64,000 bases of DNA from Mytilus californianus (Eukaryota). Below, in pieces: positions 51,110 through 63,829 of this stretch; position 1 is the stretch's first letter; each line of letters starts with the position of its first letter. The stretch spans positions 110,608,001-110,672,000 of the forward strand of contig NW_026262690.1 in NCBI RefSeq assembly GCF_021869535.1, in the 5' to 3' direction. The notes beneath the pieces are model-generated. The model searched no databases, was not told the origin of the DNA, and was given only the letters and a program-made list of their open reading frames with translations. Position numbers and translations under genes: made by a program.

Positions 51110-52584
51110 CGGCAGTACGGAACACTTGTACACGATTGGTTACCACAACTGCATCCTGTTTGACAGATTTCGTCTCTACCTTTTGATATTTTTGATACAA
51201 AAAGGGGGAGGTTTGAGTGTACTCACACAAAAATCGAGGTTAACCCCGCCACTAGTTATATTACGGACGTTGTCAGTAGTTATCTTTTATGCTTATGTTC
51301 AAGTTTTTTTTCCATATGAATTAAAGGAGATATATGACATACGTCTATGACGAGACAGCAACCCAGCGACAAAAATAGGGAACAACATAAGTCAAGTGTC
51401 TATACAATATATTGTCTATTGTTGAAGACGTCAAGTTGACATTTAGGTTTTTTTTGCTGTATCATTTGCGTGTATATCAAATTCGTATCATGGAGTATTT
51501 ATATGGACATATATGTCTATGAATGTCAATAATTTTAAGGTAGTACATATATTCCTCAGATCTGTCAAGTACAACTCGTAATCACATGTAAAAAGTTCAT
51601 TTATTTTAGGTCAGGATAGAAGTCACGTGATCAAACCATAAGATGATAATTATATGATGCCCATATTTCTTTCGGTAAAGCATGCTAATACTAGCAGTTG
51701 TTTTGATATGTTTTATAAAACTTTCAGCAAAAATTGAATTGATGACAAACTGAGCAAACTTTTCCGGATACTGTCCATTTTATTTGCTTATTTTTATTTT
51801 GTTACCTCAGTGGGTTTTTATTCAGTTATATCTTGGCCAAGCTATGTACCCCCGGGGACTGGTAATTCACACCCATTTACCATTTTCGTTCACGAGTTAT
51901 TGGACTTTGTACGTTAATAAAAGTTTTGACACTGACGTTGTATCAGTACTTTAAGGATTGGTGGAGGTTCCAAACACAGAGCTATGTCTGATGGAAAGCT
52001 TTGTAGCTACAATACTCAAAAAACAAATGTTGTTCTTGAGAGATATCTGATTATAGCTCTGAGCGGAGAAGACATTTCATTCCTTTGCGTATTTAATCAC
52101 ACGTAGACCTGGTACTAATTGGTCCCAGCATATACTTAGGATTCGTTACCAACTTATCAGGGTACCAGTTCCCGACACCACATGCAGGGACTCGGTTAGC
52201 GGATATAGAAAAAAAAACATTTTAATTAATGCTATTTGCCAAAAAATCGTATTTCCTGTTAATTTGTATTAAATTATTATCTTATTAACGTTGACATCAA
52301 TATTTGTTTGTTTTCAAGCAATGTGCAGTATCGTGACTATCCATATCCGTATACTGAATAATCCTAGGAAATGCAAATAGACAAAAAATACGAAAAAAAT
52401 TCAAATAACATTGATTTTCAGTAAAGCTTATATCCACTAACGGCCCGACACAAAAGATAATGTCCTGGATGCACCTCTAACTAAATTGGCGTTGAAAAAT
52501 ACATATAAAGTGAAATGAATTATCAAGTTTCTTATGTAATTTCAGATGAAATGGTGATTGTGATTAAAACTGTGATATTCAAAT

Positions 52585-53486
52585 ATGCCGCCACCTAAAA
52601 AGCCCAAAAATGGCCCAATTACAATGGAACAGTTTATGGAGAGAGGTGATTTGAGTGACGATGATCGCTCTCGGAAAGAATCTTTTTCGGGTGAATCAGA
52701 TGTTAGTGTCTCTGGACTCTCCACTAGAAGACCGTCGGTTTGCAGTAACGAAGGAATCGATACATTCACTAACCAAGCATTTTCAGATGACAAATCACCA
52801 GGTCTAAAACTTCTACGAGATCTCATCTTAAAGAAGCAGGAAGCGACAAAAGATTTCAAGGATGGAATTTTACCAAAAAGTGAGAATAACACTTTAAAGA
52901 ATGGAATGACAGAAAATAAATGTGATAATGGGGGTCTTCCTCCAACTGTGGAAGAATATGACAGACTTAATTCTGACAAAAAGGATACATGTCGAAGTAA
53001 TTCATCTGGAAGTCCCGTCCTTCTTTCTGGAGAGGAAAAAATGTCTCTTTCACAAACTATACAAGAAAGTATCAGTAAAAATGAAAAGATTTTAAACAGT
53101 ATAGTTGTTTCTTCGTTAATGCCAACAGTTCCGAGGCCCCAAGGAATACATTCAATGTCTGGTTATCTCTCTCCATACTTGTATTCACGCTCAATGTCAG
53201 TGAGTCCGTATTTATCAAACGAACCTCGAGATTTGAGTACTAAGCTACATACAAATTCCCGTTTAACTGACAGTTTGTACGGCAGTGATCCTGTGTCGGC
53301 ATATGGAACTGGACAATACGGACAAGTCTCCCCAGAAAGAAAAGAATTTCTGAATTCCAGGAAAAATTTAGTGGGGATTTTAACAGAATCCCGTTATGGA
53401 CAAAATTCAGTTGGTCTGCGAATTCCTTCTTCAATCCATGAGAGAGATGCTTTTTCTTTTTATTTAAATGGATTTGATTCCGCAAG
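52585..53486 (+). CDS. First coding exon (300 aa) of an unidentified gene, probably a transcriptional regulator; Ser/Pro-rich, NLS-like PKKPK, PxDLS motif (PRDLS)
   Basis: Long ORF in AT-rich DNA; acceptor tttcag| at 52545/52546; in-frame TGA at 52573-52575 before the ATG; donor CAAG|GTAAGC at 53486/53487 (phase 2) just before the ORF stop. Confidence 0.85.
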
Positions 53487-54936
53487 GTAAGCTAACTTTC
53501 TTTGAATATGAATACCTCTGTTTTGATAGCTCTTGATATATAATAAACTAATCTAAACTCTATTGCAAAAGGATATAACGGTTTTGTTAACTTGACGTCG
53601 AGGGGTGAAACGGTGCATATTTTTTTTATTCGTTATAAAAATAATAAAATAAATAAGCTTTATTTAGAGTCGGCATGGTTTACAAAAAAGTCATAACTTA
53701 AGCTTTATTGAGCTATTAACCGATACTCTTCGTTTGAGTTGTGTTACATTTTATCATACTAGGTTACTATACGAGAAGGGATTGCTCATTGTAAAAGACC
53801 CTTTATTTTATTTATCATTTGTATGGCATGAAACTGCGTGATTTTTATGCAATAGTCGGTAAAGGACCTCACCAGAGCTCATGTTATATTTGTTTTTGTG
53901 TACATATATGCCGACTTTAAATACTTTTTTATTACTTACGTATCTATAATTACTTACATCCACATCCTTTGGTCTCCGATGGATACTTGTCACATTGGCA
54001 ATCATATCACATTTCCTTATCTAATATGCAAGTGTCTCAAACTCTTCAACGATGAGAATATAGAATTGTCTTAATTTCTTCACGTTGTCTATTGCTTTTG
54101 TACATGATTTAGTTTGAGTTACTTCCCTTAGATTACAATTTTACCAAAAAAAATGGATAAATGCATAATTTCTAAAATTATGATTACATTGTACCTGATT
54201 TAGTTTGAGTTACTTCCCTTAGATCACATTATTATATAAAAAAAATGGATAATAATATCTTTGTAACATTATCAATGCGAGTATTGGTATATTACTGAAT
54301 TATTTCTCAGTAAAAATTGTAACTTTTCATTTGTCCTCTTATATAAAATGTGTCTGATTATTGAAAAATGACGATAACTGAAAGGTGTTTTATTTACTGA
54401 ATGTTAGCTGATTTTTTTTCCCTCGGTAAATTCTTAAAGTGTTTCATTGGTCCTTTTATAATAAATTGTGGTTATTGAGTAGTGAAGATATAACAGAGGG
54501 GATATTGAAACTCTGATGTATTAGTCCCAGGTTACAAGTGCTGTATGGTAAACGTGTGGATACTTTAACAATGTGCAATGCAAATAACATAAAACTTTTC
54601 AGAATGTTATCCACCAAATTAAAGGGCATTCAAGACCTAACAATATTATTGGAACAATCATTTTACATAACAATTTAGCATATTGGTCACATTCTTATAA
54701 TGATTTTAGATACAATTTACACATATAAAAATATTAGACGGGTTGATGTTGTGCAGTCTTTTTTGTTGTTGAGGTTTAAGACGTTACCCATAGTGCCCTA
54801 GGAAGCGATGCAACTCTTATGCAGAAGTCACCTAGTCGTTGTTTTATGGCGAAATTCCTTCTAGTTACTATTGCAGATCAGTAAAAGACGCATCTAACTG
54901 TGAGGAATATTTATATTTATTTAACATAGGGACTTG

Positions 54937-55797
54937 TACTGACGGGCTTTAAAAAGGCAACACAGAGTTTGGTTATTTTTTTTATGAACCATTTCTTTGA
55001 ATTAATACCCACACTTAAATCAGTAAAACATTTTGCATTGGCATAATGCCGAAACTGAGCAATGAACATCTGAATCGGGTCACAAAAATGTTGCAGGCAG
55101 GAACACACCAGCGTGCTATTGCTGGACAATCTCACGTCAGAAACTCCTTATATATACAGTCCTTCCAACAACGATACAAGCAGGCTGGATTTGTTATTGA
55201 CCACCCATGACCAGATCAACCTGTAGTGACAACTCCACGTCAATAAAATTTCATTACTCAACGCCATTTGAAAGACAGGTTTACTACTGAAACGTCAATT
55301 GCTAACTAAGTCGTCGTATGCCATGACAGACACATTCACGCCATACATATTTTCATTATATACTGAAAATCAAATACACTAGAATCGACTGCAGAGAAAC
55401 ATTTTAAGGCCTAAGGTTTAAACCGATAAAATTGCCTTTATAAGACTGTAATGGGTGAGACAGAGTTCATATCAAAAGGGACAAAAAAGAATGCAAAACA
55501 TGCCCAATAGAACTGGTTGACTCTTGTGTCAATCATTATGGTGCTAGTTACAAGCAGTCACTGCCTTCGAGGTGACGAGTCCATTGATAAGAAGAAACCC
55601 AGGGTTTCAGTGCATGCCACATGATTTGTACATTAAACTTGACGTAATCAATTCAACTTACGAACTGCAATTTTTATTTAGACAATGAATTAATGTGTGA
55701 AATTTATGTTTATACATTTATCTATGCAAGTATTGCATATTTAAAAATGAAAATTGAAAAGATTAATCTGGTGTTGCGTTTTTAAGGTCCGTCAGTA
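54937..55797 (+). mobile_element. Internally deleted Tc1/mariner element with a transposase pseudogene fragment
   Basis: TIRs TA-CTGACGGGCTTTAAAAAGGCAACAC and GTGTTGCGTTTTTAAGGTCCGTCAG-TA; from ATG 55046 reads MPKLSNEHLNRVTKMLQAGTHQRAIA...DHP*PDQPVVTTPRQ*NFITQRHLKDRF, a Tc1 paired-like HTH N-terminus with stops. Confidence 0.85.
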
Positions 55798-56369
55798 TAT
55801 AGCTGTCGACGTTACTAGTGTTTAGTTGGGGCTGTATAAATTCCACATAACAATTAACTAAATGCTGTAAGTCGGACGCCCCCAATGGAGGCTTAGTTAG
55901 AAAATTGATTTACTTTATAAAGTTTGTGGAAGATCAGGTTAAATCTGGCAACGACGACTTAAAAATGATTATACATGTATATGACCAAAACTTAATATAA
56001 TTGTAAGTAAATTTGTATGATCTTTCAAGTTATCAGGCAGTACTTACTTATTTAATATGCACAAAGTGTACCAAACTTACGGTAGAGAAGGTAAAAGAGG
56101 AGGAAAAGGTACGGCGAAGTATTACGTGGCGGGCGGGTGCGGTTATGAAATTGGAAATATACAATAATTGTTAGTCAGCCATGTTGCCTTATTACTCTGG
56201 TTGAGATAGTTATGTACCTATGTATGAATGTGGAGAAAATAGTGAATAAAGTTAGAAAGTGATATACGAGTTACACAGTTTCAGATATATTTATCCTGAG
56301 CATGATCTTCAGTGAGAGAGCACTTTTGTTTTTAGATTCATTATAGTTACATCTGCAATTGTTATATAA

Positions 56370-57165
56370 GATAAGATAAGATAAGATAAGATAAGAATTT
56401 TATTAATCTAATCAAGAACCCATAAAGGGCATCATTTACAACAATATTAAGCACAATATGATTGGAAAAAAGAAAAACTATATCCTAATATAATACTATC
56501 ATATATTGGACAGGATCAGAGCCTAACACATCATGTGTCTTACATAACATTAACAATAATTGCATAATAATTTTATATATTTTGTATCCACCTGGATCTT
56601 ATTTCTAAACACTTAATTATATAATTGCCTAGGCACATAAGAGTTGGTAAATGCTCATTTGTGAACAGCCAGAAATATTTTTTATCCTTGGGTAATTCTT
56701 TAAAATTATTACAAAAACTGTTTACTTTATCCCATAATAATTTTCTCTGTTCGTTATATAAAGGACAACTTACTGTGAAATGGGTCTCATCTTCAATAGA
56801 ATTTGATCCATGTGATAGGCAGTGATGACATAGACGCTGACTTCTCTCTATGTATTTTTTACTATACCTATCTTTCTCAATTTTAAGATCATGTGCACTT
56901 ATTCTCAATTTACATATAGCTCTTCTTATATTAAAATCTTTAATTGATAAATAAGCCTCCTTTACGAAGTCAGTCTTGAGGTTGAAATAATTTTCTAATT
57001 TACTATTACCTTGTGATAAGGTATCAGATCTTTTGACCCCCCAAAATGTTTTAAAACTGTTACAAAGTTTACATTTTACAAATTTAATGAATCTATTGAG
57101 CTTTGTATTCAAATTTTGTATATCAAGTGATTGAAGGACATATCTCATAGATGCATATATTAGTT
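56370..57165 (-). mobile_element. 5'-truncated LINE 3' end: ORF2 C-terminal Cys/His region plus (TTATC)n tail
   Basis: ORF 56573-57148 contains ICKLRISAHDLKIEKDRY...RLCHHC...IEDETHFTVSCPLY; (GATAA)n at about 56368-56395 on +. LINE clade not determinable. Confidence 0.85.
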
Positions 57166-58719
57166 GATAGGAATTTTGTTGACGTGAACATCAGAGACAG
57201 CACCCTCTTTTTTTTGTCATTATTACAATTACATATTCCTTCAGGATTCCAATATTTTATCCAGACTTGAAATATTTTATTGTATAACGCATATATTATA
57301 TTCTATAGGAATGTGCCTACGGTAATCAAAATGTACAACATATACAAAAAACACGACAAATAATGTAAATAAAACATAATACACAACAAGGAATAATTAT
57401 CCGTATGCAATAACCAGTATACTAAAATATGTACTTTAAGTTAATTTCTGTCGCATTTATATATAAATGGGTTAAGAATCTGGCGCTAAAAATTAAAAAG
57501 GTTAAACATTAGAGCTAAAACATCAGATTTTTCCCTCTCGATAAATGATGTCAATGCGTTAAAATTTACTCCGCTGGTAAACTGCGTGTAGGCAGGAACA
57601 TATATATGTTAGATATACTGTTCCCAGGTGTAGGGTACAAAAATGTATGTAGGGAAGTTCATGATTGCTCAATAATCTTTATATTATTTTGGTCGGTCGA
57701 AGAACAAAATACATCGTTTAACATGTGTTCAATCTTTATTAAAACATAAAACATAACTTTGAAGATTCAGTTTGAAAGAAAAAAAACATGGTTAGCCATT
57801 AAGGTAATTGTCTCTGAAAAAGGGGGTCCTTCATTTCCGTATTCATTAAAATTTAGGGCATTTTCCTTTATTCTCTATTCTTTATATTTTTGTTCATTTT
57901 TCTCTATTTATTATTTTTTTTACAATTTACATTCCCTATTCTTTAAACCCCATCCACACCCGTAATGGTTGTCGTTGGTTCTTCTTCTTCAGATATGTAC
58001 AGTGATTACGAACTGTCTGCTAAAATTGCTTTTTCAACCTAAAGCGGGTCGTAGGTTTTCTCTTTTGAATTAAATTTTGTACTGAATATCTCTATAATAT
58101 TTAAGAGTGATGACACGGACCTGGAATAAGCAACTCTTGTCTGTCGTACCTTGTACGGGATGGTAGAATACAACTTGTTCTTAAAAATATCACTCTTCAA
58201 AAGGAAGGTGATTTTAGTCTAATATTTTTTATGAAACTTTTTCCAGAACTCGAAAGTTAAAAGCAATGCTGAAATTTGTTTGCGGTACGACAATTTCCCT
58301 TGTTTGTAAACTTTATTTTAACTTTAAAAGAACTAAGCAAAAGTCCCGACACATGGGCTGGGTAAGAAATAAAATAGTAAGTTTCGTCTGCTACGACGTA
58401 GCATAATAGTTAATACGCTTGTCCAGTCTTGACGTTTACAATTACAAACTGACCAGGTCATAAGATTAGATGGTTACGGGTCACTTCACACTGACCAAGT
58501 AGCTTGTGTAGTGGCTGGAGTACACAGGTGAATGACCAATGTATTGACCAGCATATCGGTCGAATAATTTTATTTTATGATGAAGATTACTGAAACTTTC
58601 TATTTTTAAAAGATAAAAAAATAATATTTGTAAAGTTGTTAAACGACTTTGAGTACAAAATACATGTATGGAGAATATTTTCCTTGGAATGTAATACACA
58701 AACTGGACTTAGTAATGCT

Positions 58720-58853
58720 ATGGCCGAAAGGTTAAATTATCCTGATGAAGATTATGAAGATGCTCTCACAGTTTTAAAAGGATTTTCTGATAATAATTTT
58801 GGAATTGGTGCTGTTATAAGAATTCTAACAGATTGTGGAAATAATATGTCTGG
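58720..58853 (+). CDS. Candidate alternative N-terminal (or cassette) exon of gene 2: MAERLNYPDEDYEDALTVLKGFSDNNFGIGAVIRILTDCGNNMS
   Basis: Protein-like composition; GCTATGG start context; donor TCTGG|GTATGT at 58853/58854 in phase 2, compatible with the exon at 63816. The 5' boundary is uncertain. Confidence 0.55.
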
Positions 58854-58944
58854 GTATGTAGAGTGGTTATGTAACTTTTTGTGCATGTCTGTCTGTGTAG
58901 CCTGCAGAGATTTGTAATGGACTATAGCTAATGCAGGTCACCTG

Positions 58945-59660
58945 TGTACAATACACACATAACAATGAATCATTTCACCTCTTTTATCATACTTATGTAG
59001 TGTCAAAATAATTGAGCTTTTGTAAGTTTATTTTAGATACACATATACAAATTAAAAAACAGAATTTTTGCTGAAACTGCAATATGTGCAACTTAATGTT
59101 TGGATGCACAGATGAAAACTTGAAAAAAAAAGTAGTTGAATAATTTCCGGTTGAAGATTGTTGATGATGTGGGAAGAAAAAAATGGTTAATTAATAATTT
59201 GAAAAATTAAAAGAATGAGGCGATTGAATGCAGTTAACTGGAAGCAAGCTTTGAAAGTTGTCAAAGAACTGGATGCCTTCTCCCTGTGTACAAATTATAC
59301 ACACATAACAATGAATCATTTCACCTCTTTTATCATACTTATGTACAAATGTAGTGTCAAAATATTTGAGCTTTTGTAAGTTTTTTTTAGATACACATAT
59401 ACAAATAAAATAACAGAATTTTTGCGGAAACTGCAACATGTGCAACTTAATGTTTGGATGCACAGATGAAAACTTGAAAAAAAAAAATTTTATTCAGAAA
59501 AAAAAGTAGTCGAATAATTTCCGGTTGAAGATTGTTGATGATGTGGGAAGAAAAAAATGGTTAATTAAAAATTTGAAAAATTAAAAGAACAAGGCGATTG
59601 AATGCAGTTAACAGGAAGCAAGCTTTGAAAGTTGTCAAAGAACTGGATGCCTTCCCCCCC
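58945..59660 (+). repeat. ~340-370-bp tandem duplication directly after the 58.8 kb exon
   Basis: 58945-59285 and 59286-59660 align closely. Confidence 0.9.
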
Positions 59661-60351
59661 CCCCCCAAAAAAAAAATTATTGTGTATCCCATACATTTGA
59701 TAATTTTGATTAGTATTTAATGGATTATTCCCTATAACAATTATTTCAACAACGCAACAGAAGGAATACTTTAAATGTGTTATATACATGTTACATGGTA
59801 AATAAAAGTGCTCCTGTACCATGTGTACCCATTTGGAATGTTATCAGTAAAAAAAATCTCTAATTTTTTTTTAAATATGTGGGAATGCTTGAAAAGAGTT
59901 GGTGAAGTGCATCACTATTTAATTGTGTCTGTTGTATCAGGTAGAGGACATAAGAGATTTTTAAATTGTTTTAGTCATGTTTTTCCAGAATTATTGAAAA
60001 CAGGAGTTATCTACCTTTATTTAAAATTTTGAATCAATTAGATATATATAAACCTAATTTAGCTATATTAAAAGGAACAAGTGGGGGGAAAAATGAAACT
60101 ATAAGATACAAATGTACTTTCAGTGGTATTTGTATACAAGTTATATATTATTAGTGCACATGTACTTTCTCCAAATGATTTTTAGTATTTAAAAAAGAAT
60201 ACAAATGTACTACATCAGAAATGAATACATAAACTTCATTAATTTATACCAGGTTGAAGTTGAATATATATACTGTTTTCTGGGTCTAGAAGTGAAAGCC
60301 ACTGTTTGAATCATCTATACATCCTAATTTTTCTAACTGAAATCACTTTTT

Positions 60352-61616
60352 TTTTTTAGCTCACCTGGCGTCCGTCGTCTGTTGTTGTTGTCGTCTGTTA
60401 ATTTTACAAAAGTCTTCTCCTCTGAAACTACTAGACCAAATTTAACCAAACTTGGCCACAATCATTATAATGGTATCTACATGTAGTTTAAAACTTGTGT
60501 CCAATTACCCTGCCTGTCCACCAAGATAGCCAACATGGCTAAAAATAGAACATAGGGGTGAAATGCAAGTTTAGCCTATTATTTTAAAAACCGCTATAAA
60601 TAGAGAAAATCTGACGGAAGCAAAAACGTTGAGAATGTTGAGCTCTACCTTTTGTACATTTCCTTCAAAACTGTCAGACGACAACTTTTTATAGGAGTAC
60701 AGTAGTTGCCCTTAAATGATGAATTTAACCATTTTAAAAATTTTTTGCCTATTATCTCAAAAGTTATAATAGATAGCCAGAAACTTTCAAAAGCAAAAAT
60801 TATAAGCAAGACCAGATCTACAAATAAGTCAAATATGATCAAATTCGTCAGACGACTCCTTATTAGAGATATTTCCCTTTAACAACGATTTTAACCAATT
60901 TTTTTGGTTATTGCCTATTATCTTAAAAACTATCATAGATTAATAGAATCTTTAATAGGTAAAAATGATCATCACAACAGGATCTACGAATAAGTAGCAT
61001 AGCCAGATCTTCAATCGACTCCTTATTAGAGTTATTGCCCTATAATGAAGATTTTTACCAAATTTTTCCATTTTTGCCTAATATCTTAAAACCTATAATA
61101 GATAGATAGAAACTTTAAGAAGCAAAAATGATCAACAAGCCAAGATCTACTAATAAGTCAAACATAACAGAAATTGTTAGTCATCTCCTTATTGAAGTTA
61201 TTGCCCTTTCATGACGATTTACCCCATTTTTGCCTATTATCTTGAAAGCTGTAACAAATAGGTAGAAAATTCAAATAGCACAAATGATCAACAAGACCAT
61301 GAAGACAAGATCTACAAATAAGCAATAATGGCCTAAATCTTCAGTTGACTCGTTATTTAAGTTAATACCCTTAAATGATAATTTTTAACATTTTTATACA
61401 TTTTTTGCCTATTATCTTGAAAACTATAATAGATAAAGAGATAACTTTAACAAGGAAAAATTATCAACTGGATAAGATCTACAAATATGTCAACATGACT
61501 GAAATTGTCAGTTAACTCTTAATAGAGTTATTCCCCTTTAATGATGATTTTTACTAAAAAGTGGCCACTGTTGAAGATGCAGATGAGCGACACAGAATCA
61601 TTCTTTAGACTCTAGT
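60352..61616 (+). mobile_element. HINE-type element with degenerate internal core repeats
   Basis: 5' tttttagctcacctg and 3' cagatgagcgac subTIR, gtc/gtt microsatellite, about 5 core repeats, ends tctagtttt; related fragments at 6255-6720 and 63460-63630. Confidence 0.75.
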
Positions 61617-62719
61617 TTTTTTTTTATTGAAGCCAAATAAATTCATCCCATTTAATTAAACTTTTCAGAAAATTAATTATGAATCTTTTTGAATATATAT
61701 GTAAAACAAATTGTAAAATAAGAATAAGGTTACTGTGTACAAATTCTAATGAAGCTACTTAACCACACTCTTAGTTAGGTTGTTCAGTTACACATGTACA
61801 AAACATTTTTGTGTGGTGTTGGAAAAAAAGAAATTATTACCAGTGTTGACCACTCTGCATATATCTTTAATATTTTTGAGTCATCACACTGGTCATTGTA
61901 CATGTGTTGCTGTTTAATTTATGTATACCCCATATCTTTTATATAGAGTTTGTCTTTATTGTTGTCTTTCTCTCTTTTGTTACAAATTACAATTTTACTG
62001 TTGAATGTCTTTTCTTTCTTTAAATATCACTATTGATCAGAAACATATTAGATCAATAAAAATATCTAGTGACAAATTCTTTAGATAGGAAATCTATTCC
62101 TGTCACAGTGTTGTTATTGCTGACTGTATTCTCCAAAGACTATTCCAAGACCTTTTACTTGACATTTTTCTTTAGACTGTCTTCAGCAACTTATTTTTAG
62201 ATAGTACTTGTCCTTGAATGTAAACTTTTATACAAGTATCTTACAAACCTTTGGATGGAACAAGGGAATTTAGTTCTAAACCAATCACCAGTCCCCCATT
62301 TTCTGAATTCATTATGATACAGACTTTGTTGGATACAAATTTATGGAATTGTTGTTTTGTATACAAATAGAACAAACTCCCTCTATGATATTTATCTCAA
62401 CTTGTATACAACTTACATATATTAATAGATCAGTAAGTTTTTTTTAGAAGATTGACATAAAAAGTTTTTTTTAGAAATTTGACATAAAAAGGTTGTTTTT
62501 TTTCATTTCTGTAAACATACATCTGGTGTTTTGATTATTTGCTTTTATTTAAACTGATTTTCTGTGATAAAAGGTTCATGTATAAATTTAAATGTACAAG
62601 AAACTTGGTAAACCAGATAAAATAATTAAGAAATAGTTATATTCTAGTTTCCATAGTAATATTGATAAGAGTTTAGAAAATGTGAGGTCATACAGTAGCC
62701 AGCTGCACTTTGTAATCAT

Positions 62720-62734
62720 AGGTCAGTTTGACCT
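62720..62734. promoter_or_regulatory. Perfect IR3 palindrome AGGTCA-gtt-TGACCT (ERE consensus) in the intron before exon 63816
   Basis: Exact consensus match; an extra AGGTCA at 62685-62690. Confidence 0.45.
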
Positions 62735-63032
62735 TTTCACACTGGAAATGATATTTAATTGTAGAAATGCATTAATTTCATGTCAGTAATATTTGATCTA
62801 CTTGAGAAAATCTATTTAAATGTTGATATCTCTCTATCATCAGGCCTGACCACTACTGTAACAGTTGGTGTATTGTTATTTCTTATCTTTTTGTTTTCTT
62901 ACCATTGATTATTCATTTTTATTTTAGTTTTGATCTTTGAAGTGAGGATTTTCATGGTATCACATATAAAACAAACACAGATGGCATTTTATACATTCCC
63001 ACCCCCCAAATATACATGTGTATCAGCTGAAA

Positions 63033-63459
63033 ATTAAGGGAGTGTTTTCAGACTTGATCTGTTATTTAATACAGTCGAATCCGCTTAAGATGGATTGTCA
63101 GTATATATTTCCTGAGATAGAATTTTCTTATACTTTGCCGAAATGAAGATTTTACTATGCTTTTTTCAAAAATATAATAAAAAGTATCGGTCACCATGCT
63201 ATTTTTCAAACTAAATGTCGTGTAAAATTGCCAAAATTTGAATAGATTGTTCATGAAAAAAACATTTTTGTGAATAAAAAGAAATCTATGAGATAGAATT
63301 TTGAAATAAAATATGAGAAGATAGGTTTTATAATATGCTTTAAGAAAATAAAAAGAAAAAATGGTTTCACCAACTTGTTTTCTTTCTATAAGTAAAAAAT
63401 GAAAATTTCACTATCATTCCAGTATAAAAATTTTACTATAAGAGTTATCTCCCCTTAAA
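63033..63459. mobile_element. Possible TTAA-flanked MITE
   Basis: ttaagggag ... ctccccttaa ends; TIR short and imperfect. Confidence 0.4.
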
Positions 63460-63640
63460 TGGCCAAGTTGGAAAATTGATTCTTAAAAAACACAAAAATT
63501 TGTGGCATACAGGTTATATTATTAATAATTATGTCCTCAATCAGCATTAAGGTATCTAGTTTTAAAACATTGTCTAGGGATCTGGCCAGCCAACCAACAT
63601 GGCTGTAATGGCTGAAAATAGAACATAAGGACAACTTAAG

Positions 63641-63829
63641 CAAATATGTATATTAAAGGGATTCCTTAAGCAGATATTTATATTACAGGGAGTCCTTGAG
63701 CAGATATTTATATTACAGGATCTGAGGATTCCATAGACAAATATATATATTACAGGGATTCCATAGTCAAATATTTATATCACAGGGATTCCATAGTCAA
63801 ATATTTATATTACAGGGATTCCATAGACA
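63641..63829 (+). repeat. 30-bp minisatellite spanning the intron/exon junction at 63815/63816
   Basis: Six copies of caaatatttatattacag|ggattccatag; the last copy runs into coding sequence. Confidence 0.9.

Noticed and set aside
52542-52979. 145-aa minus-strand ORF (and 53240-53485)
   Set aside because: Antisense shadow of the + strand exon A.
58720-58853. By-eye resemblance of exon B to the UBA-like domain of Regnase/MCPIP proteins (LNYP...DAL...AVIRIL versus LGYS...SVL...VLGEL)
   Set aside because: Too short and too weak to support without an HMM search, so no domain is assigned.
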